The notes below the pieces were generated by a model. The model was not told the origin of the DNA, made no database searches, and was given only the letters and a program-made list of their open reading frames with translations. Source: Gnetum montanum (Eukaryota; Plantae; Gnetophyta). From it: a stretch of DNA of 64,000 bases. The first letter of the stretch is position 1. Each line of letters opens with the position of its first letter. Made by a program: the position numbers and the translations under genes. The stretch lies in NCBI GenBank assembly GCA_015680685.1, contig MNCI01002616.1, positions 254,378 to 318,377 of the forward strand, in the 5' to 3' direction. Positions 1 through 11,191 of the stretch are shown piece by piece.

Positions 1-345
1 TCGAAGCTACGTTTGCCTTCAAATTCATGTACATCCAAGGGAAGGTTTTCTTGAACCTTTTCATAGACGAAATTATAGCACTCATGTTGCTGGGCCAAGC
101 CCTTAGGTCCCCAGTTTTGGATCCTGAGCGATCGATGTGTTTCCAGCATCAGGTTAAGCTATTGTTCGGCATCAGCGATGCCTTGAACTGTGATGGGAAC
201 TTCAACATTAAAGGTGTTAGCAACGGTGCTTGGGGAAGCCATTGTTAAGCTAAATAGTTTTGCAAATGGGAAGAAGCAAAGAAATTGGAAAGCTAAACAG
301 TTTTGCAAATGGGAAAAAGCAAAGAAGTTGGGAAGCAATCAAAAA

Positions 346-655
346 GGCTTTATGTCTCGCAGGGTTCCCAAGGAATTGTTGAAGCGACCGATCTATACCA
401 CACGATGCTTAAAAAACTGCAAAAGGATGTCACGTTTACACTAGTGTGTGATAGGGTACAAAGCACGTGCAAGACTACCATAAGATAGGCAAGTTAGCTG
501 GCGACTAGAGGCTTTATGTCCTATAGGGTTCTCGAGGAACTGTCGAGGCAACCGATCTACACTGCATGACGTGTAAACAACCACAGATGGGTGTCAAGTT
601 TACGCTAATGGAAATCAGGGTGCAGAAGGCTTACAGGGCTACAATGACATGTAGA
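346..655. repeat. Degenerate ~164 bp tandem duplication in the D leader
   Basis: GGCTTTATGTC..AGGGTTC..GGAA..CCGATCTA starts at both 346 and 510. Confidence 0.8.
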
Positions 656-670
656 AAAAGGCACCAAAAT

Positions 671-688
671 GCCCTCCTTCGAATGCCA
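671..688 (-). promoter_or_regulatory. Primer binding site of D, tRNA-Asn(GUU) type
   Basis: Minus strand TGGCATTCGAAGGAGGGC lies 6 nt inside the LTR end. It resembles TGGCGCTAGAAGGAGGGC, the complement of the plant cytosolic tRNA-Asn 3' end (tRNA sequence recalled from memory). Confidence 0.8.
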
Positions 689-694
689 GAAAAC

Positions 695-2362
695 TATAGC
701 AACTAAAAATGTCAACAGCTGGAAAGCACCGAGAGGTCGTTGATCGTTGATAGTCTTAACCCTGTCTCCATGGGAGGGCCATTTTGGATAGAATGGAAAT
801 GAGGTGCCTTGAATGGTCTAGTCGATTAGATAGGGACCTAGTCGATGTTAATATAAACTTTTGCAATGTGTGATTTGAAAATGAGGTTGATAGCACGAAG
901 TAATTCTTGAATGTAAAAAAGGTAGAAAATAGTGTAAAATGTAATAATAAGTAGGAGACAAAGTAAAATGAACCACTTCGAAGCAACGACTTCACTCTAT
1001 TAAGATGGAAACAATCGGTTACACAACACTGAGAAGTGCAGAGGTCTTGAGAGTAACCAAGATGTGTAGAGCAAAATGGCTATGTGCTTGAACGCGGACT
1101 CAGGCGCTAACAATGAAAAGTGCTACCAAGGTGGTAGAAAAGAGCAGAACAAAATGCCAACTAAGAATGCTAACTATTTACAATGTTAAACAAAAATCTT
1201 ACAATGCCCAAGGTAACAATGCTAACTTTTTTTTTGCTTGTTAACCAAAAAAATTGGTAGCTGACCAAATTGCCAAAACCGAACTAGATTACCAAAAAAA
1301 AGAACAAGCTAACCCTTTGAGCATTTCTCATTGGGGTATTTATAGAACCGAGGGAATGCAAAAGATGCGGTTTGGATGCCACGTGCCCTGGGCTTACGTT
1401 GACCTATCTATGTTGTACGTGCCTGCATGATCGTTGGGTGAGTCTGCCATGCCGTAATTACAAGCCTGCCATGTTGTAATTACGTTGTCAGAGAAATGGT
1501 GTAATTAGGTGAAGTGCATTGATGTAGCATAACTTCTTTCCATGCTCTGCTATGCTTTGTAGCATAGCATGTTTAGCATGGCATAGCATCTTGTTACGCT
1601 ACACAGCGTAGCGTAGTGTAGCGTAGCCACCGATTAGAAAAAAGGATTTGCGTTGTGTCCTGCTACATGCATTGGAAGCCTTTGAAGTGCGTTGTTTGTT
1701 TATTGCACATTTTTTATGCTATGCTATGCTACGTAGCATAGCAGTTGTCCTTAGTCGCAAAAAATGTCACCAATCCTCAAACTTTGCCTTTTGCACTGCG
1801 CAGCTTGCGAACTTGCTGATCCAACCCTTTGAGATGCCTCCTGCCAACTTCGCAGAATTGCTATGCCTTGTTGTGCCATGTAGCTTAGCGAAGCAGCCAA
1901 CATGGCCTATTTCTAGCCAAGTTCGCTTCTTTCTGGAATGGGACATTGCTAAAGGACTTGAAGTTAGGCAAGGGGACTAATCGTCTAGCTTCTGGTACAC
2001 TATGCTACACTATGTAGCATGGCTCTGCGCTTCTGCAAATGTCTTTTGGATTTTTCTACACTATATAGCGTGTCATGGTGTAGCAAAACTCCTTGACCTA
2101 GAAAACTTGCTGAGGCGTTTTGCGTGTTTTGAGCACCACCAACAATTCCACACACCACTCCTAAGTGCGCTGTTGGCTAGATGAACTACCCAAGTGGGTA
2201 GGCTAGAGAATCCATTTAGCCTATTGACACCTGGGGTAAAAAACTTGTTGAACTGGATAGTCTGAACATCAAAGAATCCATCTCCTGAAGAACTGTCGTA
2301 ACGCTGTGGGAATTGCGAAGACTTGGTAAAGCAAGTGTGCCTTCGAATTTTGGGGTGTTTCA
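695..2362 (-). repeat. 5' LTR of element D (~1.67 kb)
   Basis: Plus-strand ends TATAGCAACTAAAAATGTCAAC...GGTGTTTCA are homologous to the A LTR ends TGTGATGATTGAAAACATCAAT...GGTGTTTCA. Contains a TATA box and G-box. Confidence 0.85.
1337..1385 (-). promoter_or_regulatory. LTR promoter of D: TATA box plus G-box/ABRE
   Basis: TATAAATA on minus at 1337-1344 and CACGTG at 1380-1385. Same spacing in the A 5' LTR. Confidence 0.65.
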
Positions 2363-3639
2363 CTACCCATGATAAAACACATCAAAATAGTAGGTATGAT
2401 TTCATTAAAATTTAATTTTGGCATGTCCTTCATCCTAGATCTAAGAAAAATGGCCCCATGATAAACATTTTAGAAAAGGCATGAAAACAAGAAGCATATT
2501 TTCAAAAATCAAATCTACCAAGGTAAAAATAGAAAAATAACCATAGATCTACATGAAAATTTCCAGAATATGATGTAGGATTTCATTGGAATTCAACTTT
2601 ATCAAGCCCTTTTGATTACATCTAACAGGAATAGCCTTTTCCTAGTTAGGAAAACACAAAAATGACTAGGAAATCATGAAAAAAGCAAAGAATGATCTAC
2701 CTTAGAGTAGATAAAGAAGATCCTTGAATAGAAATGACCTAGTGAAAGTTGGAAATCTTCTTGGATACATCATGCAATTCTTGGATCTTGGGATTTTTTC
2801 TACTATGTTTCTTCATCATGGTTGCACAATGTTGAGAAGGCTTGGAAATTGAGGGAGTTGAAGCTTCTACGCTAGCTAGGAGAGGATTTGAGGCCTCAAC
2901 ATTGAAAGTTGATAATATTTTCTATAAAAATTGGTGCCAAGGCTTTTCTCTAGTGCACTAGGTGTTGGAATGGTTATTTGTAATGTGCTTTAACAAGTTT
3001 TGACATTAAAAATCAAATAAAGCTAACGCTTCCACTTTCAACCCTTTGTTGCTAATTTTGTGTATTAGAATTCAACACCCACTAAATTCCAAGGTAGGGA
3101 AAGTATCCTCTATGTTGGGAGTAGAAGATAAAATAATAATTATACCTTTTTCTTATTTTTTGAATTTTTTAAGCCATGTGCCTTACCCTACACCCTCATA
3201 CATGGTATTTTGTGTTTGAAACTCCATCAATGTTAGGGTTTTGACCCCTTGAACATGTTCTAGCCTTAACTCCCATGCATCCACATTAGGGATGAAATGC
3301 CTAGCATGGATACATGCCTCCCATCTCTTAAAACCATTGAAATCCAACTTTATTCCCACTTTTGACAACCATGACTTACCACATCCAACCCTGGGCTCTA
3401 AAAGGGGGTTAGATCATATCAAAATTGAACATCTTGGGTTTTCACACTGGGAAACCCTACCCAAAATGGAATAAAGGGCAATAAAATCCATTATTATCTC
3501 CTAGTAACCATCACATTAAGATTTGACCCTTGGATTAAACCCACATAACCTAGAACCCCTCTGGCCACCTCTAACATTCCTAAAACCTTGGAAAAGCCAA
3601 TCAAAACTGGTCAAAACATTTGGATTTTGTGGTTCTACA

Positions 3640-6420
3640 CTAGGGAAGGCCTCATCCATATTGAGCACCCCAATGCTAGTGTGGATGGATGAGGGGATGA
3701 TCAAAATTACCTAAACTAACTACTTGGTTACCATATTTTAACCTATGTACTATTGTACAACCTTTTATATCCTAGTCTTGCATTGAAACAAGTTAATTTT
3801 TAGTCTCACCTCCAACCCCAAATTGGTGAACCCCTCCTCCACACTACTCATCATGAAGCTATTGTGGAGGCTCAGGGGATATAACATAAAACCTTTTTCC
3901 CATCTTCAAATGATCATGATTTTTTCATTGATAGCCCTAGTGCCCTTTCATAACCTCTAGTAGTCAATAACCTTTAAGATCTAAGTCAATTTTGGTACTC
4001 TAGACCTTCTCCATGCTGAGCACCCCTCTTCCATGTTGGCCAATGTGGAGCTAATGTGGATTTTCTAGGGAATGTCATAAAACTCACTTTCATGACCTAA
4101 AAGAGCCCTATGACCTACCTCAATAGTCTTTAGATCCTATCAAAGCTTTCTAGAATCTTCAGATGCCTTGGAACTAGTCAAAAAGTCATCATCATCCTCC
4201 TCTCCATGCTGAGGTCACCTTACTCAGTGTGGAGGAAAGTGGGGATGGCTACATGTACACCAAGGAGGCTCAAAACTGAGATATTATAAAGTCAAATCTT
4301 ATCTCTTAATCTCTACAACCCCCAGAAACTTTAAAACCCTATTGAAACATCCTAAAAGTGGTCCAAAACCTAATTCTATAATCTTCCACACTTAGCACCC
4401 CCTCTTCCAAATTCACCAACATGGAACTAGTGTGGATGGAGGGAGAATGATTAAAAAACGCAATTTTAACCTCAAACTGAACTCTGGTCGACATCTTAAA
4501 TCTCCCAAGGACTCCAATAGCCGAAACTAGACACAGATGATCCTTCTTCATAAATTCCAAGGTCCTCCTAGTTGGTTCCACTTCGGCCAATGGGGAGCCA
4601 ACATGGAAGAAGGGGGGAGCTTATAAAATCATCCAAAACCTACAAAATTACCAAATTTTAGTCCTAGACCTTGACTATCAACTCCTAGAACCTTAAAAAC
4701 ATGCATATGCAACCAAAAATAGCCAAAATGAGTTGAAAGATGATTCCTTGGAATCCTCTTATTTGGCTTCCCCCTGCCCAACATGGAGCTAGTGTGGAAC
4801 AAGGTGAGTAAGTCTTAAAACCATAGAAAAACCTTTAAAATTGACAAGGTTTAACCCTAGGTAATGATCATTGACAGCAATAGCCCTAAAAATGCACATG
4901 CATGTTCAAAATTGATTATAATAGCCAAAACAAATCAACTCGTTGGAATCCTCATAGCTAGCTTCCCATTATTTAGCATGGATCCAACATAGAACCAAGG
5001 GTGAAAGCCAAAAAAACCATAGAAAAATGCTTAAAATTAACAAAATTTTCACTTAGGCATTGACTACTGACTCCAGCAACCTTGGAACTACACATGCAGA
5101 ACCACAAGTGATCTAAAATAGCCAAAAATTGATTTCCTTTGGTGTTCCTAGCTAGCGTTTCCCTACCTAGCATGGAGCTAGAGGGGTAACCCCAAAAATC
5201 ACCTAGCTAAGCTTCAAATTGACTAGTTTTGATCTTGAAAATTATCTCTCAACTTTGGCAACCCTAGAAGCACACATGCATGGTTGAATTGGGGTCAAGA
5301 TTGGTCTACATCTGAAATTTATAGTTCTTTCATGCTGAGGACCCCCTCTTCCACATTGTCTAGTGTGAAGCTAACATGTAGACTAGATGGTGGACTCTTT
5401 TGAAGCTTATAAACACCTTGGAATGGCATCAGATGACCTTTCATGCATCTCAAAATCTTATTGACACCCTCTAAAACCTTCAGACCTTGAGCAATTAACC
5501 ATACATAGCCAAAATTTTATCCCTTATAATCCTCCTAGTTAGTTCCACATTTCCAAGTGTGGAGCCAATGTGGAATCAATGGGATAACCTCTAAAGCCTC
5601 TCAGAAGCCTTTGAAACTCCCAAAATTTCACTCTAGAGCCTTGCCAACACCTCTGAGAGTCATCAAACCCTACAAAACAAGCCTGTAATAGCCAAAAATT
5701 AATACCCTAGGCTCTTCCACACTAAGGTCCCCCTCATCCACACTAGCTAGCATGAAGAAAATGTGGGAACTTAAAAAACCACATTGAGACCCTTCAAACT
5801 ACTAAATTTTGGCTCTAAGCCCTAGTATTTGACACTGAAAACCTTTGGAAGTGACATGCATGGTCAATTTACACCAAAATGACCTAAATCTAAAACTTTT
5901 AGTTCTTCCATGCTGAGCATACCCTTCTCTAAGCTAGCTAGCATGGAGGACTTACTTTTTAATCTCAAACAACAAATCAACATTCTAAGAGACTAAGAAT
6001 CTACATTGGGGAAGCCTAAGATCTCATAGCCTAAAGATTGTACTTGTTTAACCTAGTTTTGATCCTCAAATCTCATCCAATCCCTTCTCTAACATTGGGA
6101 AATTCCCTGAGCATGGAACAATGGGCATGTAAGCTTTCATAGCCTTAAACTACCTTAAACATTACTAAAATTAGCCAAAAACTTGGGGAATCTATGTTTT
6201 AAGCCTTAAAACCTACCTTCTGGCCTTTACTGACCTTTAGAGTGCTCAATTTTGATAGATTTGGCACTATGATGCCTTGGCAAGGCCCTAGAACCTTAAT
6301 TTTGGATCTCTAGATGCCCCAAAATATTTTTTCCTTAGTTTCCATGTTGAGGGTCCCTCCTTCCATGCTAGTCAACATGGAAATAGAGGATGCCCAACAT
6401 GGAAGCCTCAAAACCCTTGA
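3640..6420 (+). repeat. Degenerate tandem array, period ~180-190 bp, in the B protease-RT spacer
   Basis: Core TCCATGCTGAGCACCCCTCTTCCA..CATGGA recurs near 3655, 4010, 4203, 4385, 5330, 5715, 5907 and 6340, with partial cores between them. Confidence 0.7.
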
Positions 6421-6764
6421 TTTTTAGGACCAAATAGCCCTAATTGATGCTTAATCTTACCTAGCAACCTTGTAACCCTAGACCATGGCTCTCTAAGGCC
6501 TAAAATTAGCAAACTCTAATTATTTTTTACCTATATTAGCCAAGTTCCATCATATATAGCTTTTTTTTCTTGATTTGGCCTTATAACATTATGTTTTGAT
6601 TTGTTTTTTTACCTTGTGTTGCATTGTTCACCTTCTTATAGCCTTTACATAGCCTTATATTTTCTTCATTTTCCTTTTTATACCCTTTTTTTCTCTATTT
6701 TTCCTTCAATTAGTATCAAATAGGGGGGCTTAACCTTCCTTGACCATTGTTTGGCATCTTATGA

Positions 6765-6850
6765 CCATGGCCCATTAAGGCCTTAAACTAGCATCATAGT
6801 CCATAAAGACTCTAAACTAGCATCATCACCTAATAAGGCCTAAAACTAGT
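6765..6850 (+). repeat. Short GGCCTTAAACTAGC-type array upstream of the B RT acceptor
   Basis: Three copies: GGCCTTAAACTAGCATCAT, GACTCTAAACTAGCATCAT, GGCCTAAAACTAGT. Confidence 0.8.
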
Positions 6851-7069
6851 GAAATTATGACCCTTGTTGATCATTTGTAGCCATATTTCTCATACTTCCC
6901 TTTATTTGGACCTTATTACACTTTGTTTGCTTATTTTTACACCATTTGTAGCCTTGAATGATCTTTTTTGCATTAGAATGACATGTATTTGCACAATTTT
7001 ATAGAATTTTGGCATTATTTATTTACTTTTACCTAGGTTCCACTTAATATGCTTTTGGTTGACATGTAG

Positions 7070-7514
7070 GACCAAAGTATGAATACCTAGGAGTAGATTA
7101 ATTTACATTTGTGCCTACATGGATCCCATGATGATGTGGAATGGTGTATCAACCCTACTTACTAGATCTCGAGCCTAAGAGTCTTGTCAACTACATAGCC
7201 TTAATAGAGAAACTTCTAGAATGGCTTAAAAACATAGTCAAAACCCTTGACTTAGAGGTAACAAAATATTCTCCAGCTAAGATTCATGTCACAACACACA
7301 ATGGTGAGGAGAAAACCCTTAAACTAAGTTCCTCACTGGAACCTTAGAAAGCTTAATACATCATCAAGGTTCTACAGGGTAATATTAAGGCCTTTGCCTA
7401 GTCATATAAAGATATTCTAGGTCTAGACCCATGCTTAGACTAACACAACATCATACTAGACCCTAGCATTAGACTAGTTAAGCAAAAAGTATGCAAGATT
7501 AGACATGATTTGGC
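7070..7514 (+). pseudogene. pol: B pol, 5' part (pre-RT region and RT N-terminus)
   Basis: LCLHGSHDDVEWCI..LDLEPKSL..GEEKTLKLSSSLEP..IKAFA*SYKDILGLDP..HNIILDP..VKQK; starts after TTGACATGTAG (branch point plus AG). Confidence 0.9.
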
Positions 7515-9363
7515 TGTGATGATTGAAAACATCAATGGCTAGAACATTGAGACCTTAGAGGGCATACAACCTAACCTCAAACTCATGTGAGGGCCTTGTT
7601 GGAAATGAGATGGGATTCCTTGAATGATCTTATCGATCGAATAAGGACTTACAAGGTGCTACATGAAGCAAGTGCTAAAGGGGTTACAGGGTGTTACTAA
7701 TGGGCATTGGGGCCAGCTAGGCTAATGCATAGTAGGGTGTCCCAACCTAAGAATGGTAGTGTAAACATGCAAATGTGTGTGAAACAGTAAGAAAACATGA
7801 GTGCTATGCTAAATGTGAAAGAAAAAATGCTTGAAAAAATAATGAAACTTAAGAATAGAAGTGCACCACCCCAAACAAGGGGAGCATAGCAATTACAAGA
7901 AAGAGGTGAGACTGGTACATGGTATACAGGTAGGGACAGTAGCAGCATAGTCAAAATCTCTAAGGTGTCTGGGCTATGAAACTAACAACTATTGTGGAGT
8001 CCAAGCCTACTGGGTTGGCTACTGTAGTGTTTCACAAGCCAAAGTGGTGAACTGTGTGCTGGATGGCATGCACTAGTTACCACAAGTGTTTTAGGGTATG
8101 CCAAGATGCCAAACGTGCTTTGGTGCAACAAGAGCTAGAGTGCCAGTCATGCTAGAAGATTGCCAACTTTGCCCATTGCTGGATGAAGATGTAGGCCAAA
8201 TGAAAAATTTTCCTACCAAAATGCCAAAGTGAGAACCCTTAAAATGTGAGTTGTATTCGTATTTATAGGGCTAGGATTAGCATGAAATGTAGATCAGGTG
8301 CCACATGGCATGAGGGCATATGGGGCTATGCTAGACCTAGGTACGCTTCCATGAGAGTAGCAAGTGCTATGCTCTAGTGCACTATAATGGACCCCCAAAG
8401 ATTGCTAAATTGTGACTATGCTACCAAGACTACATATGCTAGAGTTAAAATGACCACAATGTTCCCACAAACAGTGTAGAAAATAGTGCAACTTGCATGC
8501 TATGCTCTGAGACTATGTCTTCCCCTCTTTCGAATGGGATCAATCATAGGTACAACTTAGGGCCAAATGGGGGGTGGGGGAAGGGGGAAGAGATGAAAAT
8601 TGATAATCTTACTTGCCAAAGGAATGTTGAATCCAAGGTGTAGGCTAATGCTAAGCTCTAGAGGTTTTTAGAGGCTGTTGAAGGCTTCTTTGTAGTGCTA
8701 TGTTGGCTATGCTCTAGAGCATAGACCAACACTTATAAAAATTTTGCAAAATTTGATGTCCTTCATTGGCTATGCTTGCTACACTCTAGAGCATAGCAGA
8801 GCATAGTAGGGATACTTAGAAAAATTTGATCCAAATTTGGTCTTCTTCCATGCTATGCTAGCTACGCTCTGGATTGTAGCAAGAGGGGTAACCTCAAGTA
8901 AGAAAATTTGTCAAACTATTCCTCCACTCTGAGCTAGCTTAACAGCTTCTAACTTCACTTGGGCAAACTGGCCACTAAAAGGTGTGCTATGCTAGCTACA
9001 CTCTAGAGCATAGTAGCAATAGCAACCCTAGGAGTTAGAGAATTTGCTAAAAATTTTCTTCCATGCCAAGCCATCTGGACAGTTTCTAATTTGAAACTTG
9101 AGCAAACTAGCCATAGAAGTATGTGCTACACTAGCTATGCTCTAGAATGTAGTAGGCAGGATGAGAGCATAGCATGACACTTAGAAAACATTTTGTGCAA
9201 TTGCTATCGACACTTAGAGAATTTTGCAAAATATGGTTTGTGATACATGCTATACTAGCTATACTCAGGAGTGTAGCACCAACACTTAGAAGAATTTTTC
9301 AAGTTTTCACACTTAGATAAATTTCTAGTTGAAATGCTGAGAATCGAAATTGGTGGTATTTCA
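7515..9363 (-). repeat. 3' LTR of A (1849 bp)
   Basis: TG...CA ends; colinear with 24824-26659 (22 mismatches in a 120 bp sample). TATA at 8260-8267. Confidence 0.95.
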
Positions 9364-9376
9364 TTGGTCCCTTTAT
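9364..9376 (-). promoter_or_regulatory. Polypurine tract of A (decayed)
   Basis: Minus strand ATAAAGGGACCAA abuts the LTR; compare the B PPT AAAGTGGGGCCAA. Confidence 0.7.
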
Positions 9377-10847
9377 GTTGACATTTGGAGAAGTGGCCCG
9401 AGAGATGTTAACAAAGAATAGGAAAGACCACAACAGGCATGACATCAACATTGCTTGTTAGTATCTAATCAAATGATGCTTTACCATGCTCAAGAGTGCT
9501 AAGAGAATAAGGTATGATAGGGAGCAAGTTAAGGAGATGGACTAAGGGATAACACATGAGAGGGATTCCAATTGTGTATGCAACTAAAAAATGTGGCACC
9601 ATGATGGCTAGTCATCAAATTGTGATTCATCTTCAGAATGATTGTGAGGGAGTTTGCATTCATGGAATGGGGATGGCTTATCCCTAAACTTTTAACCTCT
9701 CGTTAGAGTGCTTGTGAGAAGGTTATTGTGGATTCAAGGTTGGATTGGTTGCGAAAGTGTATCTTCGCTATTTTTTGATTAGGGATTTATTTTTTCCTAT
9801 TCTTTCTTCTTCCTTTCTTTTTTTGCAAAATGCTAGCTACAAGATGCTTATCATCGAGTGGACTATGTGCCACTTGATGGGCTTTACTTAGAGGCAACCA
9901 CATCATGTCTATAAGATAGGTTTTTCCTCCTTGGTATGAGTTGTGTTACATCTTCTTGAGCTTTGACCAACCCACAAAGGCTTTCCATGGGACAAGATGG
10001 ATTACATCCATCATGGGTTCTACGCTTAATTGAAAGAAGGGTGTCATACGCATCAAAGAAGCTTGTAGGGAAGGTAGGGAAAATGTAAGGTAGAGAAGGT
10101 TAATGTAAGTGGGTTATAGGAAGGGTAATAAGGGTGTGTACTTTCAATCAACTTGGCAAACCCAACCAAGCATGTTAGAGCCATGTTGTACCTTGTCGCT
10201 ATGATGAAACATGCCTTTGAATGACCACCTCCAAGGCTTCATCCTACAAACACAACATCGAGGAAATAAGAAAAAAAACCACACAACATGAGAGATAAGA
10301 GCAAACTACTAGTTGCGAGGGTGCTACAAGTTCCATGAGTACTAGACCACTTGCAAGATCTTGTAGTGCCAAAGCAGGAAGGTTAGTGCAGATGCCAGAG
10401 CCAGAAGACTAAAAAAATGCTAGTAACCACACCAAAAGTAAACACCCCAAGGAGGCTAGCAAGGTGGTCGATGGTGATGGAAATGTAGGTTCTCCAATAA
10501 GGGCTAGAAGAAGGTAGTGTCATGCTTGGCCACAATACTACTAGAACACCAATGAGTGATGCTAATAGTGAGAGCTCTAGCCAAGGATGATGGTGATGCT
10601 GGCGGTAGCTCTGAAAGGTTAGCAAAATACCCGAGGGCATATCTGGAAGATTAGCAAAATGCCAATGGTGGTAACACTGTAAATGTTCTAGAGCCTTTTT
10701 CTTGATGATGTGAACTCCACTCTAGAACTGCAATGCCCCACCCTATCTAGCACATTGAGATGTGGGTAGATGATGGAGGATGGGAAGTATTCATGCTTAC
10801 TTATCCATAGAACTATGTATGTTGAGCTATGCATGCTAAATTGTGAA

Positions 10848-11150
10848 CCTAGTTTAAGGTCCTAGTAGACAACATGCTATACTAGTTTAAGGTCCTAGTA
10901 GATCATGATGCACTAGTTTTAGGTCCTAGTAGACCATGTGCTAGTTTAACATTGTAGTGGATAGTGGATTGCTAGTTTAAGGTCATACTGGACCATGCTA
11001 TGGGTGCCAATTTAATGTCATAACCCAAGGATGATCTGTACTAATTTAACATTGTAGCAAACATTCTATGCTAGTTTAACATCGTAGCAGACATTCTATG
11101 CTAGTTTAACATCATAGCAGATGTTCTGTGTCAGTTTAATGTCATAGAAA
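10848..11150 (-). repeat. Short-repeat array (~10 units, core CTAGTTTAAGGTC on plus) downstream of A integrase
   Basis: Units about 28-36 bp apart, with a conserved core and variable linkers. Confidence 0.9.
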
Positions 11151-11191
11151 ATGTTTGCTTACCTTGCCTTTTGTCAATGTGGAGCTACATG

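Larger units (their letters stand above)
1..2362 (-). mobile_element. Element D: 5' end (LTR, PBS, leader) of a Tat-lineage gypsy retrotransposon that runs off the left edge; probably inserted in the spacer of element B
   Basis: Minus strand begins TGAAACACCCCAAAATT at 2362. LTR end and leader align with element A (695 onward vs 7515/24824 onward; 346-410 vs 24591-24655). PBS follows the LTR. More CpG retained than in its neighbours. Confidence 0.85.

Noticed and set aside
671-688. tRNA gene
   Set aside because: Only the 18 nt PBS matches a tRNA 3' end; there is no cloverleaf.
10848-11150. CRISPR-like repeat-spacer look of the CTAGTTTAAGG arrays (also 20075-20396, 29752-29912, 52262-52460)
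   Set aside because: The repeats are degenerate, the linkers vary in length and resemble each other, there are no cas genes, and the context is a plant retrotransposon.
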